Shown here: positions 36,774 to 48,457 of the stretch, piece by piece | How positions within the stretch are numbered: position 1 is the first letter of the stretch | How the letters are laid out: every line of letters begins with the position of its first letter | Assembly (NCBI RefSeq): GCF_004010195.1 | Contig: NC_057720.1 | Location: 15,723,886-15,781,765, forward strand | Direction: 5' to 3' | Source of the DNA: Chiloscyllium plagiosum | Taxonomy: Eukaryota | DNA: 57,880 nucleotides | Translations under genes and position numbers: made by a program | Notes under the pieces: generated by a model | The model's input: only the letters and a program-made list of their open reading frames with translations | The model's database searches: none | What the model was told of the DNA's origin: nothing

Positions 36774-38539
36774 TTTGTTAGTATTTTGCAGTGAGTAAAT
36801 ATTGTGTACAATTTTTTTATTTGTAATAGCTGAATAGATTTTGAGCTTCAAATCAAATCAAAGTTTTCCTTAATAACTTATATACATTTGAGTTTTTTTA
36901 AAAGAATAAAGCGCTACATAAAGCATATTTAACTACATTGAACAACAAATTCTATTTAAACTGAACACAAACACCTTTGCGCACAATCTATTGTTTAGAA
37001 ATTGATATCAGTGAAAATCATGGGGGTTGTCAGAGATTGATGTTTGCTGGGATAGTAACTCATTTACTCTTGGGGAATTTTCAGAAGTTGGGCTTCACCA
37101 AAAATTTGACAAGTGAGAGAGGAACACATCGCTGTTGATTGCAACATTTTGACTGGAGGTTGGCATACGCTTTGAGTTCAGTATCAGAGCACTGTTAGCC
37201 AATCCGATTGGAACAAATAGGTTATGTCTCCAGGTATTAAGGGCTCTCTCCTGTGCTGGTTTGGGTGGTTTAGGGAGCATTTAATCCAATGGAAGAATGG
37301 CATTACTTTACTGCCTCGCCCCAAAATACATCCATGAAAGGATTTCCAAACTCACCACTAATTGAGACCTTAAGTGTGCAATGAATATCTGCTTTCAAAC
37401 TCTCAACCCACTGCTACTTATATAACCAAAACAGGGGACAGGGAACTCCACCATGTGAGGAGTATAAGGAGCAAGCCTTGTTGACCGTGGGTTCAAAGTG
37501 GAAGGACCCTCACTTACCAGATACTTGGTGCTTGTGTGGAGGACCTAGCATTAGGAAAGGGCGGCCTACTGAAAGTCACCATGCAACCTTCTGGTCTTAT
37601 GCCGCCTTCATCATGACACCCATCCTAAGTGTTTCCCCACCTCCCCCAACTCCACCAGCTCCACAATCAAGCAGCTGGACTTGGGTCCCTCCTCAAACAA
37701 AGGCCTTGGGTTTGTCAGCAGCAACCACCAGCTCCAAGTCTTCGGATGATGTTGCTGCATGCAAAATGATTGTTGGCATCTGAGTGGGCGGCAGTTCTCA
37801 GTGGGTAGAGGGTTGTACTCCTAGGGGCCCTGGCCCTAGGGCGTGGCATGTCACTGGCCAGGGTGCCACATGATGTGGCAGACCTTCTCGGAAAGGGGTG
37901 GCAAGGAGGTCTCTCCGGTTTCTCCAGCCACAAAGGAAGCCCCACCACAAAATCCCACTCAAACCTCTGGAGCCCAGGGCCCGGATAAGTGTTGGGGGAC
38001 TGGGGCTTCTCACAGCAGTAATGTGGGGAGGGAGGGGGATGGGGAGAGAGGGAAGGTTGGTGCTGCAGATATGGATGGGGGCAAGTAGAGAGGGCTAGCG
38101 GGCTTGATGGAGAGGCTAGGAGGCAAAGGATTCACCATGAGGACAGACTTTGGAGGGAGAGATGCCTGATGTGGAAAGAGGCTATTGAGGGCAGTGACTC
38201 CCCCCCTCCTATTTGAGGACAAGCAGGGTGACCTGTTGGACTTTACCACACCAAACTCTCTCCTCCCACTGACCCTGTTACTGAACTCTATCCATCAGCC
38301 TCAACACTGACTTCAGGAAGCGGTCCTTAAGTGCGTAATAATTTTTCATTTAAGGGTTTTAATTGAGGCTGAGCGTGTCTAGGCCTCAGGCGAAGTTGCA
38401 CACAGCTGGAGGAGGGGTTGGCTGGGAGGGTGGCTGAAATCCCATGTGGTTAATGCTACAGCCTCTACCCCTCCTGCTGGGAGATCCTAATGCTCTTCCT
38501 ATAGAACACCCGTGGCCAATCCCTGTTCTGATTTAATTT

Positions 38540-39610
38540 TATTTGATTTGGTTTATTATTGTCACATATACTGAGAAACAGTGAGAAGTATTGTTTTATG
38601 TGCTATCCAGCCGAATCATACTTTACGTCAGTATGGTATGGTAATAGAAAAGAATATAGTGTTACAGCTACAGAGAAGGTGCAGAGAAAGATTGACTCTG
38701 ATATAGGGGGGGTCTGTTCATAAATTTGATAACAGCAGTGACAAAGCTGTTCTTTAATCTATTGGTATGTGTTTTCAGACTTTTGTTTCTTCTGCTCAAT
38801 GGAAGAGGGTGGGAGAGAGTCTATCCGGGCGGGAGGAGTTTTTGATGATGTTGGCTGTTTCCCCAAGGCAGTGGGAAGTGTAGGCAGGGCCGATGGATGG
38901 TAAGCTGGTTTGTGTGATGGGCTGGGCTGTGTTCACAACTTTCTGTCCTTTCTTGAGGTCTTGGGCAGAGCAGTTGCCATACCAAGCTGTGATGATTTCT
39001 ATGATGCATCTATAAAAACTGGTAGAAGTAGTTGCGGACTTGCCGAATTTGCTTAGTCTCCTGAGGAAGTAGAGGCACTGGTGTACTTTCTTGAATGTAG
39101 CATTGATGTGGATGGATTAGGACAGGTTGTCGGTGATATTTACTCCGAGGAACTTGGAGCTTTCAACTACGTCCATCAATACAGACAGGAACTTATCTCT
39201 TGCTCCACTTCCTTCAATCTGCTGACATTGAGGGAGAGATTGTTGTCTTCATGCCTCGCCTCTAAGCTCTCTATGTCCTTCCTGAATTCTGTCTTGTCAT
39301 TGTTTGAGATCCAACCCATGACAGTGGTGTCATCAGCAAGTTTGTAAATGGAGTTAGAGCTGAATTTGGTCACACAGCCATGAGTGTTTAAGGGAAAAGA
39401 TAAAGGGTTTACGTAGGCAGCCTTGAAGATCACCAGTGTTGAGAAGGTTATTCTGCTGGTACATATTTTTAAACTTTTGTATCTTCTGCCCAAATGGAAG
39501 AGGGTGGGAGAGAGTATAAGCGGGGTGGGAGATGTCTTTAATGATGTTGGCTGTTTTCCTGAGGCAGTGGGAAATGCAGATGGGGTCAATGGAAGGTTTT
39601 TGTGATGGAG
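38540..39610 (-). mobile_element. Rex1/Babar-like (CR1-group) LINE RT fragment
   Basis: NSIYKLADDTTVMGWISNNDKTEFRKDIESL and AWYGNCSAQD...KVVNTAQ. Confidence 0.7.
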
Positions 39611-40517
39611 GATACATCTGGTCTGGAAGTGATAAAAATTTCTATCCCTGGGCCAGACATAGCATCAAACCCACTTCAACAGAGCTGAGTTATTTTGTAG
39701 GTAGACACCCACTCCCCAAGAACAGCTGGATGAATCAGAGAGTCAGCAGCCCTGAACAGCACCACCACTGGTGGGAGGTTGTTATTGCTGCTGCAGCTGC
39801 AGGATGTGGGCACTCCTGTCCATTGGAACCCCCCGGGGTGGGGGTGGGGGGGAAGCTAAGGGTTGCCTACCAGTCATACCACCTGGTGAAGCACCCCTTG
39901 CTCTACCCAGTCACTGACAAGGTAGCTGCAGGGCAAAAAAAAAGGGCCTTTAACGAGTCACCTCAGCTGTCCAATTAAGCTGCAGATGGTTGTGGTCCAT
40001 CTGCCACCCTTCCTGCTGTTAGCAAGATGGTATGGCAGTGGAAAGATGGTGGGCAAATCACATGTGCCATTTTGCACAACTTTCTACCACCCAGCCGTTC
40101 CATACCCCCAGTAGCGGAACCACCTTTCTCATCTTTAGTCCCACTCTTCAGACTGTGAGAATTTCGCTGAGTATTTGATACCAGACAATGTTGTTATGCG
40201 GACTGCCACTAGATGTCCTATGAGATAAAGAAGAAAGAATAGAACTTTGCTTTTTGCCTAAAAATAATTATTTCCACTTTGTATTGATGGAATTAAAAGG
40301 AGCGGAGACAGGGTCCTTTCCCAGAATGTACCCCCAGGAAAGGTGTGGGCTGTTAAAAAGTGTGGTAGATGGAGAATTGTGAGTGGGCTCAATGGATTTT
40401 CAAATCTATAATTTAGTGTTGGGACAATGAATGGTTCTCCTAAATTATATGGAGATAGAGTATTTGAAATTGTGCATTCAAACATAAGGAATTGGGGGAA
40501 CAGCAAGAGTTAAACCG

Positions 40518-40838
40518 AGAACCCACACAGTGTGGAAGCAGGCCATTCTGCCCAACAAATCCACACTGACTCTTCAAAGAGCATTCCACCCAATTCCTGA
40601 AACACCCAGAACTAATCCACCTAACTGACACATCCCTGAATATTATGGGCAATTTAGCCAATCCATTTAAACTGCACATCTTTGGATGATGGGATGAAAC
40701 TGGAGCACCTGGTAGAAAGCCACACAGACACGGGGAGAATGTGCAAACGCCACACAGATAGTCACCCAAGGCTGGAATCAAACCCAGGTCCCCAGCACTG
40801 TGAGGCAGCAGTGTTAGCCACTGAGCCACAGTGTCTCC
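40518..40838 (-). mobile_element. HE1-type SINE
   Basis: Reverse-strand gtggctcagtggctaacactgctgcctcacag. Confidence 0.8.
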
Positions 40839-41127
40839 CAAATGAAAGCTAGATGAAGCATATGGGAATGGATAGGTGAATTGAAAACCAGTTGTGACCA
40901 AGTATCTGAGATAAAGTAGGAGACAGCTTGGACTGATGAGAAATTTAATCCAGACCAAATTGTGGCTGAGAGGTTTTATAAACATTACATTTGTTCTATC
41001 CTAGTTGCTATCTCCACCATAACCAACAATTTGTTTTGAAAAAAAGAGTCCCATAATAAAGTGTCCCAAAACCATTCCTGGGATTATTACGGAGCAGAAT
41101 GTCGCACCTAGCCGCATAAGACAATGT

Positions 41128-41265
41128 AAGGAGAAAGTGAGGACTGCAGATGCTGGAGATCAAAGTCGAGAGTGTGGTGCTGGAAAAGCACAGCAGGTCA
41201 GGAAGCATCTGAAGAGCAAGAGAGTGACTGTTTCGGGCATAAGCTCTTCATCAGGAATGTGAGGG
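41128..41265 (-). mobile_element. Penelope pLTR (family A) with a decayed hammerhead
   Basis: Reverse strand attcctgatgaagagcttatgcccgaaacagtc. Short TSD aagacaa. Confidence 0.75.
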
Positions 41266-41299
41266 AAGACAACAAAATGTTTGGTCAAAGATGTAGGAC

Positions 41300-42558
41300 T
41301 TAGAAGACATGGGAAATCATGCCTCACAAACCTGATTGAGTTTTTTGAAGAAGTAACAAAGAGGATTGATGAGGGCAGAGCGGTAGATGTAAACTATATG
41401 GACTTCAGGAAGGCAGTCAACAAGGTTCACCATGGGAGACTGATTAGCAAGGTTAGATCTCATGGAATTAGAACTAGCCATTTGGATACAGAACTGGCTC
41501 AAAGGTAGAAGACAGAGGGTAGTGGTGGAGGGTTGTTTTTCAGACTGGAGGCCTGTGACCAGTGGAGTGTCACAAGGATCGGTGCTGGGTCTATTACTTT
41601 TTATCATTTATATAAATGATTGGGATGTGAGTGTAAGAGGTATAGTTAGTAAGTTTGCAGATGACACCAAAATTGGAAGTGTAATGAACAACGAAGAAGG
41701 TTGCTTCAGATTACAATGGGATCTTGATCGGATGGGCCAATGTACTGAGAAGTGGCAGATGGAGTTTAATTCAGATAAATGCACTTTGGGGAAAGCAAAT
41801 CTTAGCAGCACTTATACACTTAATGTTAAGGTCCTAGGGAGTGTTCCTGAACAAAGATACCTTGGAGTGCAGGTTCATAGCTCCTTGAAAGTGGAATCAC
41901 AGGTAGATAGCATAGTGAAGAGGGTGTTTGGTATGCTTTCCTTTATTGGTCAGAGTATTGAGTACAGGAGTTGGGAGGTCATGTTGCGGCTGTACAGGAC
42001 ATTGGTCAGACCACTGTTGGAATATTGCATGCAAATCTTATCCCCTTCCTATCGGAAAGATGTTGTGAAACTTGAAAGGGTTCAGAAAAGATTTACAAGG
42101 ATGTTGCCAGGGTTGGTGGATTTGAGCTATGGGGAGAGGCTGAATAGGCTGGGGCTGATTTCCCTGGTGATTGAGGGGTGACCTTATAGAGGTTATAAAA
42201 TTGTGACGGACATGGATAGGATAAATAGACAAAGTCTCTTCCCTGGGGTGGATGAGTCCAGAAATGGAGGGCATAGGTTTAGGGTGAGAGGGGAAAGATA
42301 TAAAAGAGACCTGAGGGGCAACGTTTTCACTCAGAGGGTGGTGCGTGTATGGAATGAGCTGCCAGAGGAAGTGGTGGAGGCTAGTATGATTGCAACATTT
42401 AAAAGGCATTTGGATGAGTATATTAATAGGAAGGGTTTGGAGGGATATGGGCTGGTTGCTGGCAGGTGGGACTAGATTGCGTTGGGATATCTGGTTGGCA
42501 TGGACGAGTTGGACCGAAGGGTCTTTTTACATGCTGTACATCTCTATGACTCTATGAC
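41300..42558 (+). mobile_element. CR1 LINE RT plus 3' end
   Basis: GKSCLTNLIEFFEEV, SGVSQGSVLG and SKFADDTKIG, with a (ctatgact)n tail. Confidence 0.92.
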
Positions 42559-43667
42559 GTCAAGGAGAAATTAGAAATGAAGAGGTTTAGAGAGGGAATT
42601 CCAAAACTTGAGGTCTGTGTTGCTGAGGGTACAGCGAATGATTGAGTGATTAAAGTCAAGAAACCTTAAAAAGGTCAGCATGAGATGAACAAGGGTATCT
42701 CAGGGGGAGGGGGCACTCGTAAGGCTGGAGGGGATTATAAAGGTAGGGAAAAGTGATGTCACAAACGGATTTGAAAGAAAAGGTGGGAACTTTAAAGTCA
42801 AGGTATTGCATGACGAAGTATTTTTATATTCATTCCTGGGATGTGGGTGTTACAATCTGAGCCAACATTTATTGACCATCCCTTGTTGCCCTTGAGTAGG
42901 TGATGCCTTCTTGAACTGCTGCAGTTCACGTGCTGTAGGTTGACCCACAATGCCTTAAGGAGGAAATTCCAGGATTTTAACCTAGCGACAGCGAAGAAAC
43001 TGTGATGTATTTCCAAGTCAGGATGGTGAGCGGCTTGGAGGGGAACTTGCAGATGGAGGTGTTCCCATGTATTTGCTGGAAGATGCTAACAGCTTGAGAA
43101 TTGTCAGGATGCAGCACTGACTGTTTCATGTTGGCTCTGAAATGCTGTAAAAGGTGAGGTGGGATGTGTAACAACACATTCCAGTCAAGTGCTGGAATAC
43201 TGTCACAAAGTGGCTCTTTTCGGTCATTATTAGTTTGACTGGAAATGAATCAATATTATTAAGATACATTAAAATGCAAGAAAATATCGGTTAATGTGTA
43301 ACTTTTCGAGCATTATTATTTCTGTTAATGGCATGTAAGTCTGCTAAGTGCATTGTTGATTGACCTGTACTTTACCATTCATGTGAAAGTATGTTTGCAT
43401 AAATTGCTGTAGTGGTTGGATGTTTCAGAGACATGAACATATGCTTCATTTTGGCATTTGATATGTATTATACCAGTGGGCATAACTGTTGGCTTGATTG
43501 GCTCAACAGTTACCATATGATGTCGTAAGGCAGTGAGCGAAGCCTCAAAGAGTCTATGTTTTGAATAAATACTGAAGTGTAAAGCTATTAGCAAAGTTTT
43601 TGCTTCTCCACAGTTTTATCTGTCTTTAATGTTCAACAGACCTAACTTTTCTTCTCTGATAATAAAT

Positions 43668-43910
43668 GGTGGCACGGTGGCTCACAGCACCAGGGCCCCA
43701 GGTTCAATTCCAGCCTCGGGCGACTGTCTGTGTGGGTTTCCTCCCACAGTTCAAAGATGTGCAGGTCAGGTGAATTGGCCATGCTAAATTGCCCATAGTG
43801 TTAGGTGCATTAGTCAGAGGGAAATGGAACTGGGTGGGTTACTCTTCAGAGGGTCGGTGTGGACTTGTTAGGCCAAAGGCCCTATTTCCACATTGCAGGG
43901 AATCTAATCA
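43668..43910 (+). mobile_element. HE1-type SINE with internal deletions
   Basis: ggtggcacggtggctc...ggttcaattcc head and aatctaatc tail. Confidence 0.8.
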
Positions 43911-44649
43911 TTGTTCACAGGGAATGCTAAAGGTAATGAGTCAGAGCATGTAGACAGGAGGATAAGGCTATTGTTCATTAACGTCACACAGCACACACTA
44001 TTGCCCCACTGACATTACACTGAAGAGGTTGCATTCTGCTTGTCCACTTGTCCTGTACACTTAAAATCTCTCTTTGCATTTCTTGTCCATCCAGAATTCA
44101 TTTTTAATTTATTGACAGGGTTTGGGTACCACTGGCTAGGTCAGCATTTACTGCTATCTCTGACTGCTCGTGGGAAGATGGTGGTGAGCTATCTTCTTGA
44201 ACTGCTGTGGTCCATGGAGAGTCAGCACACCACAACCCCATAAAGTAGGGCCATCTCATTTCATTTCAGTTTTAGATTTTGTATGGTTTGCTACGCCATT
44301 TCAGGGGCACCTTTTAGTCAATGTGGATCTAGAAACGGACATAGACCAGGCTTGGTAAATACAGCAGGTTCCCGTCCATAAAAGACATCAGTGTGAATCA
44401 GATGGGTTTTTACAAGAGTTGGGCAATGGTTTCATGTCACCATTAGACTAGCTTTTAGTTCAAGATTAATTTCTCTTGAGAGGGTGTTGTTGACCGTCTT
44501 CCTCAACCTGTTGCAGTCTGCGCTGTGAGAATACCCACAGTGCTACAAGGGATGACGTTCCAGCTCTATTGATGATGAAAGTCTGATCGAAAAAGGCGTT
44601 GATGTGAGGGAACTTGGGGAAATAAACAGTGATGTCTTGAAGATGGTCC

Positions 44650-46234
44650 ACACTATAGAAGAGAAGGTGCTGAAAATCTTAAGATGCATTAAGGTTGATA
44701 AATCCCTGGGATGTAATGAAGTGTATCCCAGGACTTTGTAGGAGGCTACGGGGTAAATTGCAGGGCCCCCTTGTTGGGAATAATTGTATCATCCACAGCC
44801 ATGTGTGAAATGCTGGATGACTGGAGGGTGGCTAATGTTCCACCATTTTTTTAAGAAAGGCTGCAGTGAAATGCCTGGGAACTGCAGAGCGGTGAGCTGA
44901 ATGTGTGTGGTGGATAAGTTCTCAGAGGGGATTCTGAAAGACAGGATCTACAGACTCAACACTCTGACTGATGAAAACAAGCTTTCTTCACCACCCTGTT
45001 GACCAGTGACTCAACTTCCAAGGAGCTATGAACCTGCCCCCCAAGATCACTTTGTTCTCCCAAAGGCCCGACTATTAACTGTATAAGTCCTGCCCTGGTT
45101 TGCTTTATCAAAATGCAACACTTTATTTACCTAAATTAAACTCCACCTGCCATTGACCCAGTTGATCAAGATCTTATTGTATTCCCAGATAATTGCTGTG
45201 CTCTTCCAGCACCACTGATCCAGAATCTATTAACTGTATAAGTCCTGCCCTGGTTTGTTTTATCAAAATGCAACACTTTATTTACCTAAATTAAACTCCA
45301 CCTGCCATTGACCCAGTTGATCAAGATCTTATTGTATTCCCAGATAATCTTCTTCACTGTCCAATATATCACAAAATTTGGTGTAATCCACAAACTTAAT
45401 AACCATACCTCCTAAATTCTCATCCAGATCATTTATATAAATGACATATAGAGTGGACAGAGTGGATGTTGGGAAGACGTTTCCATTGGTGGGAGAGACT
45501 AGGACCTGAGGGCACATCCTTAGAGTAAAGGGAAGACCTTTAGAATGGAGATAAGGAGAAACTTCTTCAGCCAGAGAGTAGTGAATCTATGGAATTTATT
45601 GCCACATAAGGCTGTGGAGGCTAGGTCATTGAGTATATTTAAGATGGAGATAGATAGGTCCTTGATTGTCAAGGAGATCAAGGGTTATGGAGAGAAAGTG
45701 GAGAATGGGGTTGAGAAACTTATTAGCCATGATTGAATGACAGAGCAGACTCGATGGGCTGAATGGCCTAATTTCTGTCTTATTGTCTTATGGAATAACA
45801 GTGGACCCAGCACTGATCCCTGTGGCACACTGTTGGTCACCAGCCTCCAGTTTGAAAAATAATCCTCTAACAGCACACCTCAAACCAATTTTGTATCCAG
45901 TTGGTTAACTGACCCTGGATCATGTGAGATTTAACCTTATTTAACAACCCACATGTGATACCTTATCAAAGGCCTTGTTCGAGTCCGTGTGGACAACACC
46001 TACCACACTGCTCTCACCTACCTTAAAGAAACTCAATCAAATTTCTGAGACATGATTTCCCATGCAGAAAGCTATGCTGATGATCCCAAATGAGTCCTTG
46101 CCTCTCCAAATGCCTGCAGATCATGTTTCTCAGAATCCCCTCTAACAATATACCCACCATGGACATCAGGCTCACCAGTCTGTAGTTCCCAGGCATTCCC
46201 CAGCAGCCTTTCTTAAATAATGGCACAACGTTAG
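44650..46234. mobile_element. Cluster of nested CR1 fragments on both strands
   Basis: [29 protein letters not shown] and RNFFSQRVVNLWN. Confidence 0.8.
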
Positions 46235-46254
46235 CCCTAACCCTAACCCTGGTA

Positions 46255-48060
46255 CAATGGCAAGTGCAAAAGGGCATGACAGGAGCAATTCTAAACATAC
46301 TTGTAAATGAGATGCCAACCTAGTGATGCCACCAAACAGGTCTACCTGCATGCCAAACAGCATAAGCAGTACGTGATAGACAGAACCAAATGATCCCACA
46401 ACCAAAAGGATCAGATTTTAGCTCTGCAGTCCTGCCACATCCAGTCATGAATGGTAGTGAATAATTAAACAACTCACTGGAGGAGGAGGCTCCACAAATA
46501 TCCCCTTCCTCAGTGATGGAAGAGTCCACCAAATCAGTGCAAAAGATAAGGCAACCCCCAGCCAGAAGAGTCGAGTGGATGATCCATCTCGGCCTCCTCC
46601 AATGGTCCCCAAGTTACCAGTCTTCAGCCAATTCAACTCATTCCATGTGATTTCATGAAAACAGCTGGAGATACTAGATACGGCAAAGGCTATGGGGTCC
46701 TGACAATATTCCGGCAATAGTACTGAAGGTTTGTGCTCCAGGACTTGCCACTCCCCTAGTTAAGCTGTTCAACTACATTTACAACACTGGCATCTACCTG
46801 ACAGTGTGGGAAATTGTCTTGTACATAAAATGCAGAACCAATCTACCCGGCCAATTATTGCCCTATCAGTCTGCTCTCGGTCATCAGTAAAGTGATGGAA
46901 GGTGTCATCAACAGTGTGATCAAACAGCATCTGCTCAGCAATAACCTGCTGAGTGACGCCCTGTTTGGGTTCTGCCAGGGCCACTCAGCTCCTGACCTCA
47001 TTACAGCCTTGGTTCAAACATGGACAAAAGAGCTGAATTCCAGAGGGGAGGTGAGAGTAACAGCCCTTGACATCAGGGCTGCTTTTGATGGAGTGTAACA
47101 TCAAGGAGCCCTATCAGGGGAATACTCTCCATGTGTCATACCTGGCACATAGAAAGATGTTGTTAGAGGTCAGTCATCTCAGCCCTCGCACATCTCTGCA
47201 GGACTTACACAGTGTAGTGTCCTAGGCCCAACCGTCTTCAACTGCTTCATCAATGAATTTCCTCTCACTATAAGGTGAGAAGTGGGGATGTCCACTGATG
47301 ATTGCTCAATGTTCAGCATCATTCACAATTCCTCAAACACTGAAGCAGTCCAGGTTCAAATGCAACAAATAGCAAGTAACATTCGTGCCACTCAAATGCC
47401 AGGCTATGACTATCACCAACAAGACGGCACGGTGTGGGCGGCACGGTGGCACAGTGGTTAGCACTGCTGCCTCACAGCGCCGGAGACCCGGGTTCAATTC
47501 CCGCCTCAGGCGACTGACTGTGTGGAGTTTGCACGTTCTCCCCGTGTCTGCGTGGGTTTCCTCCGGGTGCTCCGGTTTCCTCCCACAATCCAAAGATGTG
47601 CAGGTCAGGTGAATTGGCCATGGGAAATTGCCCGTAGTGTTAGGTAAGGGGTAAATGTAGGGGTATGGGTGGGTTGCGCTTCGGCGGGTCGGTGTGGACT
47701 TGTTGGGCCGAAGGGCCTGTTTCCACACTGTAATCTAATCTAAAAAAAAAGACACAATCTAATCACTATACTTTGACATTCAACCGTGTTACCATCATTG
47801 TATTTCCCACTATCAACATCCTTGAGGTTACCATTAACCAGAAATTCAACCGGACTCAGCATAAAAACAGTGGCTACAAAAGCAGATCAGAGGCTAGGAA
47901 TACTATGTGGAGTAACTCACCTCCTGACTCCCCAAAGCCTGTCCACCAAACAAGGCACAAGTCAGAGTGTGATGGAAACCTCCCCACTTGCCTGGATGAA
48001 TGCAGCTCCAATGACACTCATGAAGCTTGACACTTTACAAGACAAAGCCACTTCTTGTTT
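46255..48060 (+). mobile_element. CR1-clade LINE RT fragment of a second family, interrupted by a SINE
   Basis: MEGVINSVIKQHLLSNNLLSDALFGFCQGHSAPDLITALVQ...ALDIRAAFD. Confidence 0.8.
47436..47742 (+). mobile_element. Full-length, young HE1-type tRNA SINE
   Basis: gggcggcacggtggcacagtggttagc (A box), ggttcaattcc (B box), CpGs retained, taatctaatcta tail and TSD aagac. Confidence 0.92.
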
Positions 48061-48457
48061 GGCACTCACCCCTGACCCTCACTTTTACCCCTTGAGAGCC
48101 GAAATCGCCAGCAACCTCACCCCCACAGACCTGCTTCCACCTTCCCCCGCTGCTCCTGACTCAATCTGGCACCCTCCACGCCCACATCACAGGGGGAGGC
48201 GGACGCTACCTGTCACCCTCCAACGGGAACTGGCTCTCACAGGAACCTTGTCCCAATCCGAACATTATCTGTCACCTTCCCCACCTGATGGGAACCCGCC
48301 CTCGTCCTGAACCTACCTGCCCCATTCTGATTCTAACCTCCCACTGACCTACCTCGTTTTATTTTCAACAAGAAAGCAGAGACAGAGTGGTTTTCCACAA
48401 CATTTCAACACCTCCCCTACTACTGCCTTCTAAGAGTTAAAAGATTAGCTGCTAAAA

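Noticed and set aside
37230..38480. GC-rich segment with several overlapping ORFs (similar segments at 4660-4970, 9686-10487, 13700-14050 and 39620-40130)
   Set aside because: No protein motif. These are probably decayed non-autonomous DNA transposons, but I could not define TIRs or TSDs.
43483..43512. Small hairpin taactgttg...caacagtta
   Set aside because: A stem of about 9-11 bp is expected by chance in 58 kb and is too short for a pre-miRNA.
47436..47510. tRNA-like A/B boxes
   Set aside because: SINE head, not a tRNA gene; it continues into the HE1 body and tail.
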